Shown here piece after piece: positions 42,901 through 60,303 of a stretch of DNA of 64,000 bases. This DNA is from the human T2T-CHM13v2.0 reference genome, Homo sapiens. The notes beneath the pieces are model-generated. The model did no database searches. It had not been told where the DNA came from and saw only the letters and a list, made by a program, of their open reading frames with translations. Every line of letters begins with the position of its first letter. Position 1 is the stretch's first letter. Made by a program: the position numbers and the translations under genes. The stretch is from NCBI RefSeq assembly GCF_009914755.1, contig NC_060938.1; one strand, written 5' to 3'.

Positions 42901-45900
42901 GGGATCTCCTGCTCTTGGTCCTAAGGGCCACTGTCTGTGCTGTGTTTTTCAAAGGTCAGAACAGAGTGAACCTTTGTGGTTTTATTTTCCCTGAGTTTGA
43001 TTTTTCTCATGGGGAACCTGTGTTGCTGCTTTGAAGGTGTATTCGTACTGGCCTTTCAAATGCCAACTCTTCAAATTACTCGTTAATGCTTTCAAAACAT
43101 GTTATTTAAAAAATTATCCTGTGTATTTTCCATATGCAGATATAAATATGTTTCATGGTTATGTTTTATTCCTCAGTTTATATATTTGATTATTGTACCA
43201 AGCAGAGTACCTTTGAAATTTTTTTTCATTAAAAAAATATGTATCTTGGCTCAGGCCTGTAATCCCAGCAAATTTGCAGGCCAAGGCAAGGGGATCACAA
43301 GGTGAAGAGATCAAGACCATCCTGGCCAACACAGTGAAACGCTGTCACTACTAAAAATCCAAAAAATTAGCTAGGCATGGTGGCAGCTGGTGTAGTCCCA
43401 GTGTGGTGTAGTCCCAGCTACCTGGGAGGCTGAGGGAGGACAATCGCTTGGACCCGTGAGGCAGATGTTGCAGTGAGCAAAGATGGCGCCATTGTACTCC
43501 ACCCCGTGCAACAGGACAAGACAGACACTGTCTAAAAAAAAATTATATATGATATATATTACATGTTATGTCTTATGCTTTATAGGTAATATATAACCTC
43601 ATATATATTATATGTCATAATATATAATATTTATCCTATGTCATATTATATATATAGTATATATTACATAACATATATAATATGTAAAACATATTATATA
43701 TCTTATATATGAAAATATATAATTATACGTAACATAACATATAGTTATATATACTATGATATATAACATATATAGTATATCATATATGATATATGATATA
43801 TACATTTTTATTACATATTATAATTTATATATATTATAATGTATGTAAGGATATAATTATTTATGTAATATAAAGAATTATATATGATTATATAATTATA
43901 TATAATATAAATAATAATATATATAATTACATGTTTATATAGTTATGTGTATAATAATATAATTATATATATAATTATATATATCATATAACAGACAGCA
44001 TACATATTATATAATATATGATATATATTATAGAATATAGGATACATAATATATATGATACTTAATATATCATAGTATAATATATATTTAATATTATGTA
44101 TGTAACATATATTATGTGATATATAATATATATTATGAAATATAAAATAATGTAATATAATATATATTATATCATGATATATTATGTAAAGTATGTAATA
44201 AAAGTATATATAATATAATATATAGTTATATACATTATATTATACATGTACGTATAATATTATACACTTATATATAATTTTAAATAGTTATATATAATTA
44301 TAATATAAAACGTATATAATATATATCTTAAAATATATATTGTATACCTATATATTATGTATCATATATTTTATGTTATATAGCATATATTGTATATCAT
44401 ATATCACATATTCTATGTTATATATAACACATTCCACATATTGTATATTACAAATTATATATAATATATGACATACATTATATTATATATGATAAATTAT
44501 ACATTATACGCAACATAGTATATATTATATGTAACATGTATATTACATGTAAAATGTATATTATATAACCTATATTACATATAATTAGTAACATAGACAT
44601 ATAATATATATTTAATATAGGTATTATACATACAATGTATTATTTATAATATATAACATATATTATATATATGTCATAAAATAGAATATATATTATATGT
44701 CATATTTTATATATGCAATTATATATTATTATATGTTATTTTATACTATATATAACATAGATATAATATATATATTATCTGTAATGTATATAATATATAA
44801 CATAGATATAATATATATAATATATATAATGAATATTATATATTTAATACGTATATTAACCATATAATATATTCTATATATAATATATATTATATATGTC
44901 ATAAAATATAATATATATTATATGTCATACTGTATAAATATAATATATATTATCAATTAATATATTACATATAATATACGTAGTATAAGATGCAGGATGT
45001 AAAACAATATTATATATATGTTATATATATTATATATATGATACTATATATTATTATATACATAATGTATATATATACATATTTGTGTGTGCCCTCTTTC
45101 CCATCTCATAACTTGTTTTAAGAAGCACAGCATAAAAATGTGTGGGCTTGGGATTCAGTTTTTGAAACAAAACACTAAGACTTCAATGAACTTTCGGTCT
45201 ATGTAAAGGCACTCCTGTCTTCCTGGCCGCAGTTGGACCTCACAATGTGGATTGTGCCCTCACCCTGCAATGTTTATGCCCTATCGCCATGGTGACGGGA
45301 TTAGGGATCTCCTGCTCTTGGTCCTAAGGGCCACTGTCTGTGCTGTGTTTTTCAAAGGTCAGAACAGAGTGAACCTTTGTGGTTTTATTTTCCCTGAGTT
45401 TGATTTTTCTCATGGGGAACCTGTGTTGCTGCTTTGAAGGTGTATTCGTACTGGCCTTTCAAATGCCAACTCTTCAAATTACTAGTTAATGCTTTCAAAA
45501 CATGTTATTTAAAAAATTATCCTGTGTATTTTCCATATGCAGATATAAATATGTTTCATGGTTATGTTTTATTCCTCAGTTTATATATTTGATTATTGTA
45601 CCAAGCAGAGTACCTTTGAAATTTTTTTTCATTAAAAAAATATGTATCTTGGCTCAGGCCTGTAATCCCAGCAAATTTGCAGGCCAAGGCAAGGGGATCA
45701 CAAGGTGAAGAGATCAAGACCATCCTGGCCAACACAGTGAAACGCTGTCACTACTAAAAATCCAAAAAATTAGCTAGGCATGGTGGCAGCTGGTGTAGTC
45801 CCAGTGTGGTGTAGTCCCAGCTACCTGGGAGGCTGAGGGAGGACAATCGCTTGGACCCGTGAGGCAGATGTTGCAGTGAGCAAAGATGGCGCCATTGTAC

Positions 45901-48900
45901 TCCACCCCGTGCAACAGGACAAGACAGACACTGTCTAAAAAAAAATTATATATGATATATATTACATGTTATGTCTTATGCTTTATAGGTAATATATAAC
46001 CTCATATATATTATATGTCATAATATATAATATTTATCCTATGTCATATTATATATACAGTGTATATTACATAACATATATAATATGTAAAACATATTAT
46101 ACATCTTATATATGAACATATATAATTATACGTAACATAACATATAGTTATATATACTATGATATATAACATATATAGTATATCATATATGACATATAAT
46201 ATATACCTTTTTATTACATATTATAGTTTATATATATTATAATGTATGTAAGGATATAATTATTTATGTAATATAAAGAATTATATATGATTATATAATT
46301 ATATATAATATAAATAATAATATATATAATTACATGTTTATATAGTTATATGTATAATAATATAATTATATATATAATTATATATATCATATAACAGACA
46401 GCATACATATTATATAATATATGATATATATTTTACAATATAGGATACATAATATATATGATACGTAATATATCATAGTATAATATATATTTAATATTAT
46501 GTATGTAACATGTATTATGTGATATATAATATATATTATGAAATATAAAATAATCTAATATAATATATATTATATCATGATATATAATGTAAAGTATGTA
46601 ATAAAAGTATATATAATATAATATATTGTTATATACATTATATTATACATGTACATATAATATTATACACTTATATATAATTTTAAATAGTTATATATAA
46701 TTATAATATAAAACGTATATAATATATATCATAAAATATATATTGTATACCATATATATTATGTATCATATATTTTATGTTATATAGCATATATTGTATA
46801 CAATATGTCACATATTCTATGTTATATATAACACATTCCACATATTGTATATTACAAATTATATATAATATATGACATACATTATATTATATATGATAAA
46901 TTATACATTATACGCAAGATAGTATATATTATATGTAACATGTATATTCCATGTAAAATGTATAATATATAACCTATATTACATATCATTAATAACATAG
47001 ACATATAATATATATTTAATATAGGTATTATACCTACAATGTATTATATATAATGTATAACATATATTATATATATGTCATAAAATAGAATATATATTAT
47101 ATGTCATATTTTATATATACAATTATATATTATTATATGTTATTTTATAGTATATATAACATAGATATAATATATATAATATATATAATGAATATTATAT
47201 ATTTAATACGTATATTAACCATATAATACATTCTATATATAATATATATTATATATGTCATAAAATATAATATATATTATATGTCATACTGTATAAATAT
47301 AATATATATTATCAATTAATATATTACATATAATATACGTAGTATAAGATGCAGGATGTAAAACAATATTATATATATGTTATATATATTATATATATGA
47401 TACTATATATTATTATATACATAATGTATACATATATATATTTGTGTGTGCCCTCTTTCCCATCTCATAACTTGTTTTAAGAAGCACAGCATAATAATGT
47501 GTGTGCTTGGGATTCAGTTTTTGAAACAAAACACTAAGCCTTCAATGAACTTTCGGTCTATGTAAAGGCACTCCTGTCTTCCTGGCCGCAGTTGGACCTC
47601 ACAATGTGGATTGTGCCCTCACCCTGCAATGTTTATGCCCTATCGCCATGGTGACGGGATTAGGGATCTCCTGCTCTTGGTCCTAAGGGCCACTGTCTGT
47701 GCTGTGTTTTTCAAAGGTCAGAACAGAGTGAACCTTTGTGGTTTTATTTTCCCTGAGTTTGATTTTTCTCATGGGGAACCTGTGTTGCTGCTTTGAAGGT
47801 GTATTCGTACTGGCCTTTCAAATGCCAACTCTTCAAATTACTCGTTAATGCTTTCAAAACATGTTATTTAAAAAATTATCCTGTGTATTTTCCATATGCA
47901 GATATAAATATGTTTCATGGTTATGTTTTATTCCTCAGTTTATATATTTGATTATTGTACCAAGCAGAGTACCTTTGAAATTTTTTTTCATTAAAAAAAT
48001 ATGTATCTTGGCTCAGGCCTGTAATCCCAGCAAATTTGCAGGCCAAGGCAAGGGGATCACAAGGTGAAGAGATCAAGACCATCCTGGCCAACACAGTGAA
48101 ACGCTGTCACTACTAAAAATCCAAAAAATTAGCTAGGCATGGTGGCAGCTGGTGTAGTCCCAGTGTGGTGTCGTCCCAGCTACCTGGGAGGCTGAGGGAG
48201 GACAATCGCTTGGACCCGTGAGGCAGATGTTGCAGTGAGCAAAGATGGCGCCATTGTACTCCACCCCGTGCAACAGGACAAGACAGACACTGTCTAAAAA
48301 AAAATTATATATGATATATATTACATGTTATGTCTTATGCTTTATAGGTAATATATAACCTCATATATATTATATGTCATAATATATAATATTTATCCTA
48401 TGTCATATTATATATACAGTGTATATTACATAACATATATAATATGTAAAACATATTATACATCTTATATATGAACATATATAATTATACGTAACATAAC
48501 ATATAGTTATATATACTATGATATATAACATATATAGTATATCATATATGATATATGATATATACATTTTTATTACATATTATAATTTATATATATTATA
48601 ATGTATTTGAGGATATAATTATTTATGTAATATAAATAATTATATATGATTATATAATTATATATAATATAAATAATAATATATATAATTACATGTTTAT
48701 ATAGTGATATGTATAATAATATAATTATATATATAATTATATAAATCATATAACAGACAGCATACATATTATATAATATATGATATATATTATACAATAT
48801 AGGATACATAATATATATGATACTTAATATATCATAGTATAATATATATTTAATATTATGTATGTAACATATATTATGTGATATATAATATATATTATGA

Positions 48901-51900
48901 AATATAAAATAATGTAATATAATATATATTATATCATGATATATTATGTAAAGTATGTAATAAAAGTATATATAGTATAATATATAGTTATATACATTAT
49001 ATTATACATGTACATATAATATTATACACTTATATATAATTTTAAATAGTTATATATAATTATAATATAAAACGTATATAATATATATCATAAAATATAT
49101 ATTGTATACCATATATATTATGTATCATATATTTTATGTTATATAGCATATATTGTATATCATATATCACATATTCTATGTTATATATAACACATTCCAC
49201 ATATTGTATATTACAAATTATATATAATATATGACATACATTATATTATATATGATAAATTATATATTATACGCAACATAGTATATATTATAGGTAACAT
49301 GTATATTCCATGTAAAATGTATATTATATAACCTATATTACATATAATTAATAACATAGACATATAATATATATTTAATACAGGTATTATACCTACAATG
49401 TATTATATATAATATATAACATATATTATATATATGTCATAAAATAGAATATATATTATATGTCATATTTTATATATACAATTATATATTATTATATGTT
49501 ATTTTATAGTATATATAACATAGATATAATATATATATTATATGTAATGTATATAATATATAACATAGATATAATATATATAATATATATAATGATTATT
49601 ATATATTTAATACGTATATTAACCATATAATATATTCTATATATAATATATATTATATATGTCAAAAAATATAATATATATTATATGTCATACTGTATAA
49701 ATATAATATATATTATCAATTAATATATTACATATAATATACGTAGTATAAGATGCAGGATGTAAAACAATATTATATATATGTTATATATATTATATAT
49801 ATGATACTATATATTATTATATACATAATGTAAATATATACATATATTTGTGTGTGCCCTCTTTCCCATCTCATAACTTGTTTTAAGAAGCACAGCATAA
49901 TAATGTGTGTGCTTGGGATTCAGTTTTTGAAACAAAACACTAAGCCTTCAATGAACTTTCGTTCTATGTAAAGGCACTCCTGTCTTCCTGGCCGCAGTTG
50001 GACCTCACAATGTGGATTGTGCCCTCACCCTGCAATGTTTATGCCCTATCGCCATGGTGACGGGATTAGGGATCTCCTGCTCTTGGTCCTAAGGGCCACT
50101 GTCTGTGCTGTGTTTTTCAAAGGTCAGAACAGAGTGAACCTTTGTGGTTTTATTTTCCCTGAGTTTGATTTTTCTCATGGGGAACCTGTGTTGCTGCTTT
50201 GAAGGTGTATTCGTACTGGCCTTTCAAATGCCAACTCTTCAAATTACTCGTTAATGCTTTCAAAACATGTTATTTAAAAAATTATCCTGTGTATTTTCCA
50301 TATGCAGATATAAATATGTTTCATGGTTATGTTTTATTCCTCAGTTTATATATTTGATTATTGTACCAAGCAGAGTACCTTTGAAATTTTTTTTCATTAA
50401 AAAAATATGTATCTTGGCTCAGGCCTGTAATCCCAGCAAATTTGCAGGCCAAGGCAAGGGGATCACAAGGTGAAGAGATCAAGACCATCCTGGCCAACAC
50501 AGTGAAACGCTGTCACTACTAAAAATCCAAAAAATTAGCTAGGCATGGTGGCAGCTGGTGTAGTCCCAGTGTGGTGTCGTCCCAGCTACCTGGGAGGCTG
50601 AGGGAGGACAATCGCTTGGACCCGTGAGGCAGATGTTGCAGTGAGCAAAGATGGCGCCATTGTACTCCACCCCGTGCAACAGGACAAGACAGACACTGTC
50701 TAAAAAAAAATTATATATGATATATATTACATGTTATGTCTTATGCTTTATAGGTAATATATAACCTCATATATATTATATGTCATAATATATAATATTT
50801 ATCCTATGTCATATTATATATACAGTGTATATTACATAACATATATAATATGTAAAATATATTATACATCTTATATATGAAAATATATAATTATACGTAA
50901 CATAACATATAGTTATATATACTATGATATATAACATATATATTATATCATATATGATATATGATATACACATTTTTATTACATATTATAATTTATATAT
51001 ATTATAATGTATGTAAGGATATAATTATTTATGTAATATAAAGAATTATATATGATTATATAATTATATATAATATAAATAATAATATATATAATTACAT
51101 GTTTATATAGTGATATGTATAATAATATAATTATATATATAATTATATAAATCATATAACAGACAGCATACATATTATATAATATATGATATATATTATA
51201 CAATATAGGATACATAATATATATGATACTTAATATATCATAGTATAATATATATTTAATATTATGTATGTAACATATATTATGTGATATATAATATATA
51301 TTATGAAATATAAAATAATGTAATATAATATATATTATATCATGATATATTATGTAAAGTATGTAATAAAAGTATATATAGTATAATATATAGTTATATA
51401 CATTATATTATATATGTACATTTAATATTATACACTTATATATAATTTTAAATAGTTATATATAATTATAATATAAAACGTATATAATATATATCATAAA
51501 ATATATATTGTATACCATATATATTATGTATCATATATTTTATGTTATATAGCATATATTGTATGTCATATATCACATATTCTATGTTATATATAACACA
51601 TTCCACATATTGTATATTACAAATTATATATAATATATGACATACATTATATTATATATGATAAATTATACATTATACGCAATATAGTATATATTATATG
51701 TAACATGTATATTCCATGTAAAATGTATATTATATAACCTATATTACATATAATTAATAACATAGACATATAATATATATTTAATACAGGTATTATACCT
51801 ACAATGTATTATATATAATATATAACATATATTATATATATGTCATAAAATAGAATATATATTATATGTCATATTTTATATATACAATTATATATTATTA

Positions 51901-54900
51901 TATGTTATTTTATAGTATATATAACATAGATATAATATATATATTATCTGTAATGTATATAATATATAACATAGATATAATATATATAATATATATAATG
52001 ATTATTATATATTTAATACGTATATTAACCATATAATATATTCTATATATAATATATATTATATATGTCAAAAAATATAATCTATATTATATGTCATACT
52101 GTATAAATATAATATATATTATCAATTAATATATTACATATAATATACGTAGTATAAGATGCAGGATGTAAAACAATATTATATATATGTTATATATATT
52201 ATATATATGATACTATATATTATTGTATACATAATGTGTATATATATATATTTGTGTGTGCCCTCTTTCCCATCTCATAACTTGTTTTAAGAAGCACAGC
52301 ATAATAATGTGTGGGCTTGGGATTCAGTTTTTGAAACAAAACACTAAGCCTTCAATGAACTTTCGGTCTATGTAAAGGCACTCCTGTCTTCCTGGCCGCA
52401 GTTGGACCTCACAATGTGGATTGTGCCCTCACCCTGCAATGTTTATGCCCTATCGCCATGGTGACGGGATTAGGGATCTCCTGCTCTTGGTCCTAAGGGC
52501 CACTGTCTGTGCTGTGTTTTTCAAAGGTCAGAACAGAGTGAACCTTTGTGGTTTTATTTTCCCTGAGTTTCATTTTTCTCATGGGGAACCTGTGTTGCTG
52601 CTTTGAAGGTGTATTCGTACTGGCCTTTCAAATGCCAACTCTTCAAATTACTCGTTAATGCTTTCAAAACATGTTATTTAAAAAATTATCCTGTGTATTT
52701 TCCATATGCAGATATAAATATGTTTCATGGTTATGTTTTATTCCTCAGTTTATATATTTGATTATTGTACCAAGCAGAGTACCTTTGAAATTTTTTTTCA
52801 TTAAAAAAATATGTATCTTGGCTCAGGCGTGTAATCCCAGCAAATTTGCAGGCCAAGGCAAGGGGATCACAAGGTGAAGAGATCAAGACCATCCTGGCCA
52901 ACACAGTGAAACGCTGTCACTACTAAAAATCCAAAAAATTAGCTAGGCATGGTGGCAGCTGGTGTAGTCCCAGTGTGGTGTAGTCCCAGCTACCTGGGAG
53001 GCTGAGGGAGGACAATCGCTTGGACCCGTGAGGCAGATATTGCAGTGAGCAAAGATGGCGCCATTGTACTCCACCCCGTGCAACAGGACAAGACACTGCC
53101 TAAAAAAAAATTATCTATGATATATATTACATGTTATGTCTTATGATTTATATGTAATATATAACCTCATATATATTATATGTCATAATATATAATATTT
53201 ATCCTATGTCATATTATATATACAGTGTATATTACATATCACATATAATATGTAAAACATATTATACATCTTATATTTGAAAATATATAATTATACGTAA
53301 CATAACATATAGTTATATATACTATGATATATAATATATATAGTATATCATATATGATATATAATATATACATTTTTATTACATATTATAATTTATATAT
53401 ATTATAATGTATGTAAGGATATAATTATTTATGTAATATAAAGAATTATATATGATTATATAATTATATATAATATAAATAATAATATATATAATTACAT
53501 GTTTATATAGTTATATGTATAATAATATAATTATATATATAATTATATAAATCATATAACAGACAGCATACATATTATATAATATATGATATATATTATA
53601 CAACATAGGATACATAATATATATGATACTTAATATATCATAGTATAATATATATTTAATATTATGTATGTAACATATATTATGTGATATATAATATATA
53701 TTATGAAATATAAAATAATGTAATATAATATATATTATATCATGATATATTATGTAAAGTATGTAATAAAAGTATATATAATATAATATATAGTTATATA
53801 CATTATATTATACATGTACATATAATATTATACACTTATATATAATTTTAAATAGTTATATATAATTATAATATAAAACGTATGTAATATATATCATCAA
53901 ATATATATTGTATACCATATATATTATGTATCATATATTTTATGTTATATAGCATATATTGTATATCATATATCACATATTCTATGTTATATATAACACA
54001 TTCCACATATTGTATATTATAAATTATATATAATATATGACATACATTATATTATATATGATAAATTATACATTATACGCAACATAGTATATATTATATG
54101 TAACATGTATATTCCATGTAAAATATATAATATATAACCTATATTACATATAATTAATAACATAGACATATAATATATATTTAATATACGTATTATACAT
54201 ACAATGTATTATATATAATATATAACATATATTATATATATGTCATAAAATAGAATATATATTATATGTCATATTTTATATATACAATTATATATTATTA
54301 TATGTTATTTTATAGTATATATAACATAGATATAATATATATAATATCTGTAATGTATATAATATATAACATAGATATAATATATATAATATATATAATG
54401 AATGTTATATATTTAATACGTATATTAACCATATAATATATTCTATATATAATATATATTATATATGTCATAAAATATAATATATATTATATGTCATACT
54501 GTATAAATATAATATATAATATCAATTAATATATTACATATAATATACGTAGTATAAGATGCAGGATGTAAAACAATATTATATATATGTTATATATATT
54601 ATATATATGATACTATATATCATTATATACATAATGTGTATATATATACATTTGTGTGTGCCCTCTTTCCCATCTCATAACTTGTTTTAAGAAGCACAGC
54701 ATAATAATGTGTGGGCTTGGGATTCAGTTTTTGAAACAAAACACTAAGCCTTCAATGAACTTTCGGTCTATGTAAAGGCACTCCTGTCTTCCTGGCCGCA
54801 GTTGGACCTCACAATGTGGATTGTGCCCTCACCCTGCAATGTTTATGCCCTATCGCCATGGTGACGGGATTAGGGATCTCCTGCTCTTGGTCCTAAGGGC

Positions 54901-57734
54901 CACTGTCTGTGCTGTGTTTTTCAAAGGTCAGAACAGAGTGAACCTTTGTGGTTTTATTTTCCCTGAGTTTGATTTTTCTCATGGGGAACCTGTGTTGCTG
55001 CTTTGAAGGTGTATTCGTACTGGCCTTTCAAATGCCAACTCTTCAAATTACTCGTTAATGCTTTCAAAACATGTTATTTAAAAAATTATCCTGTGTATTT
55101 TCCGTATGCAGATATAAATATGTTTCATGGTTATGTTTTATTCCTCAGTTTATATATTTGATTATTGTACCAAGCAGAGTACCTTTGAAATTTTTTTTCA
55201 TTAAAAAAATATGTATCTTGGCTCAGGCCTGTAATCCCAGCAAATTTGCAGGCCAAGGCAAGGGGATCACAAGGTGAAGAGATCAAGACCATCCTGGCAA
55301 CACAGTGAAACGCTGTCACTACTAAAAATCCAAAAAATTAGCTAGGCATGGTGGCAGCTGGTGTAGTCCCAGTGTGGTGTAGTCCCAGCTACCTGGGAGG
55401 CTGAGGGAGGACAAACGCTTGGACCCGTGAGGCAGATGTTGCAGTGAGCAAAGATGGCGCCATTGTACTCCACCCCGTGCAACAGGACAAGACAGACACT
55501 GTCTAAAAAAAAATTATATATGATATATATTACATGTTATGTCTTATGCTTTATAGGTAATGTATAACCTCATATATATTATATGTCATAATATATAATA
55601 TTTATCCTATGTCATATTATATATACAGTGTATATTACATAACATATGTAATATGTAAAACATATTATACATCTTATATATGAACATATATAATTATACG
55701 TAACATAACATATAGTTATATATACTATGATATATAACATATATAGTATATCATATATGATATATAATATATACATTTTTATTACATATTATAATTTATA
55801 TATATTATAATGTATGTAAGGATATAATTATTTATGTAATATAAAGAATTATATATGATTATATAATTATATATAATATAAATAATAATATATATAATTA
55901 CATGTTTATATAGTTATATGTATAATAATATAATTATATATATAATTATATAAATCATATAACAGACAGCATACATATTATATAATATATGATATATATT
56001 ATACAATATAGGATACATAATATATATGATACTTAATATATCACAGTATAATATATATTTAATATTATCTATGTAACATATATTATGTGATATATAATAT
56101 ATATTATGAAATATAAAATAATGTAATATAATATATATTATATCATGATATATTATTTAAAGTATGTAATAAAAGAATATATAAGATAATATATAGTTAT
56201 ATACATTATATTATACATGTACATATAATATCATACAGTTATATATAATTTTAGTTATATATAATTATAATATAAAACGCACATAATATATATCATAAAA
56301 TATATATTGTATACCATATATATTATGTATCATATATTGTATGTTATATAGCATATATTGTATATCATATATCATACATTCTATGTTATATATAACACAT
56401 TCCACATATTGTATATTACAAATTATATATAATATACGACATACATTATATGTGATAAATTATACATTATACGCAACAGAGTATATATTATATGTAACAT
56501 GTATATTCCATGTAAATTATATAATATATAACCTATATTACATATAATTAATAACATAGACATACAATATATATTTAATATAGGTATTATACATACAATG
56601 TGTTATATATAATATATAACATATATCACATATATGTCATAAAATAGAATATATATTATATGTCATATTTTATATATACAATTATGTATTATTATATGCT
56701 ATTTCATAGTATATATAACATAGATATAATATATATATTATCTGTAATGTATATAATATATAACATAGATATAATATATATAATATATATAATGAATATT
56801 ATATATTTAATACGTATATTAACCATATACTATATTCTATATATAATATATATTATATATGTCATAAAATATAATATATATTATATGTCATACTGTATAC
56901 ATATAATATATAATATCAATTATTATATTACATATATGTAGTATAAGATGCAGGATGTAAAACAATATTATATATATGTTATATATATTATATATATGAT
57001 ACTATATATTATTATATACATAATGTATATATATATATATTTGTGTGTGTCCTGTTTCCCATCTCATAACTTGTTTTAAGAAGCGCAGCATAATAATGTG
57101 TGGGCTTGGGATTCAGTTTTTGAAACGAAACACTAAGCCTTCAATGACCTTTCGGTCTATGTAAAGGCACTCCTGTCTTCCTGGCTGCAGTTGGACCTCA
57201 CAATGTGGATTGTGCCCTCACCCTGCAATGTTTATGCCCTATCGCCATGGTGACGGGATTAGGGATCTCCTGCTCTTGGTCCTAAGGGCCACTGTCTGTG
57301 CTGTGTTTTTCAAAGGTCAGAACAGAGTGAACCTTTGTGGTTTTATTTTCCCTGAGTTTGATTTTTCTCATGGGGAACCTGTGTTGCTGCTTTGAAGGTG
57401 TATTCGTACTGGCCTTTCAAATGCCAACTCTTCAAATTACTAGTTAATGCTTTCAAAACATGTTATTTAAAAAATTATCCTGTGTATTTTCCATATGCAG
57501 TTATAAATATGTTTCATGGTTATGTTTTATTCCTCAGTTTATATATTTGATTATTGTACCAAGCAGAGTACCTTTGAAATTTTTTTTCATTTAAAAAATA
57601 TGTATCTTGGCTCAGGCCTGTAATCCCAGCAAATTTGGAGGCCAAGGCAAGGGGATCAAAAGGCGAAGAGATCAAGACCATCCTGGCCAACACAGTGAAA
57701 CGCTGTCACTACTAAAAATCCAAAAAATTAGCTA

Positions 57735-57922
<188 letters not shown>

Positions 57923-60162
57923 CTATGTCTTATGCTTTATATGTAATATATAACCTTATATATATTATATGTCATAATATATAATATATATCCTATGTCA
58001 TATTATATATATTGTATATATTACATAACATATATAATATGTAAAACATATTATACAACTTATACATGAAAATATATAATTATACGTAACATAACATATA
58101 GTGATATATACTATGATATATAACATATATAGTATATCATATATGATATATAATATATACATTCTTACTACATATTATAATTTATATATATTATAATGAA
58201 TATAAGGATATAATTATTTATATAATATAAATAATTATATATGATTATATAATTATATATAATATAAATAATAATATATATAATTACATGTTTACATAGT
58301 TATATGTATAATATAATTATATATATAATTATATATATCATATAACACACAGCACACATATTATATGATATATGATATATATTATACAATATAGGATACA
58401 TAATATATATGATAGTTAATATATCATAATACAATATATATTTAATATTATGTATGTAACATATATTATGTGATATATAATATATATTATGAAATATAAA
58501 ATAATGTAATATAATATATATTATATCATGATATATTATTTAAAGTATGTAATAAAAGAATATATAAGATAATATATAGTTATATACATTATATTATACA
58601 TGTACATATAATATCATACAGTTATATAATTTTAGTTATATATAATTATAATATAAAACGTGCATAATATATATCATAAAATATATATTGTATACCATAT
58701 ATATTATGTATCATATATTGTATGTTATATAGCATATATTGTATATCATATATCATACATACTATGTTATATATAACACATTCCACATATTGTATATTAT
58801 AAATTATATATAATATACGACACACATTATATGTGATAAATTATACATTATACGCAACATAGTACATATTATATGTAACATGTATATTCCATGTAAATTA
58901 TATAATATATAACCTATATTACATATAATTAATAACATAGACATATAATATATATTTAATATATGTATTATACATACAATGTGTTATATATAATATATAA
59001 CATATATCATATATATGTCATATAATAGAATATATATTATATGTCATATTTTATATATACAATTATGTATTATTATATGTTATTTCATAGTATATATAAC
59101 ATAGATATAATATATATATTATCTGTAATGTATATAATATATAACATAGATATAATATATATAATATATATAATGAATATTATATATTTAATACGTATAT
59201 TAACCATATACTATATTCTATATATAATATATATTATATATGTCATAAAATATAATATATATTATATGTCATACTGTATAAATATAATATATAATATCAA
59301 TTATTATATTACATATATGTAGTATAAGATGCAGGATGTAAAACAATATTATATATATGTTATATATATTTAATATATGATACTATATATTATTATATAC
59401 ATAATGTATATATATATATATTTGTGTGTGTCCTGTTTCCCATCTCATAACTTGTTTTAAGAAGCGCAGCATAATAATGTGTGGGCTTGGGATTCAGTTT
59501 TTGAAACGAAACACTAAGCCTTCAATGACCTTTCGGTCTATGTAAAGGCACTCCTGTCTTCCTGGCCGCAGTTGGACCTAACAATGTGGATTGTGCCCTC
59601 ACCCAGCAATGTTTATGCCCTATCGCCATGGTGACGGGATTAGGGATCTCCTGCTCTTGGTCCTAAGGGCCACTGTCTGTGCTGTGTTTTTCAAAGGTCA
59701 GAACAGAGTGAACCTTTGTGGTTTTATTTTCCCTGAGTTTGATTTTTCTCATGGGGAACCTGTGTTGCTGCTTTGAAGGTGTATTCGTACTGGCCTTTCA
59801 AATGCCAACTCTTCAAATTACTAGTTAATGCTTTCAAAACATGTTATTTAAAAAATTATCCTGTGTATTTTCCATATGCAGTTATAAATATGTTTCATGG
59901 TTATGTTTTATTCCTCAGTTTATATATTTGATTATTGTACCAAGCAGAGTACCTTTGAAATTTTTTTTCATTTAAAAAATATGTATCTTGGCTCAGGCCT
60001 GTAATCCCAGCAAATTTGGAGGCCAAGGCAAGGGGATCACAAGGCGAAGAGATCAAGACCATCCTGGCCAACACAGTGAAACGCTGTCACTACTAAAAAT
60101 CCAAAAAATTAGCTAGGCATGGTGGCAGCTGGCGTAGTCCCAGTGTGGTGTAGTCCCAGCTA

Positions 60163-60303
<141 letters not shown>

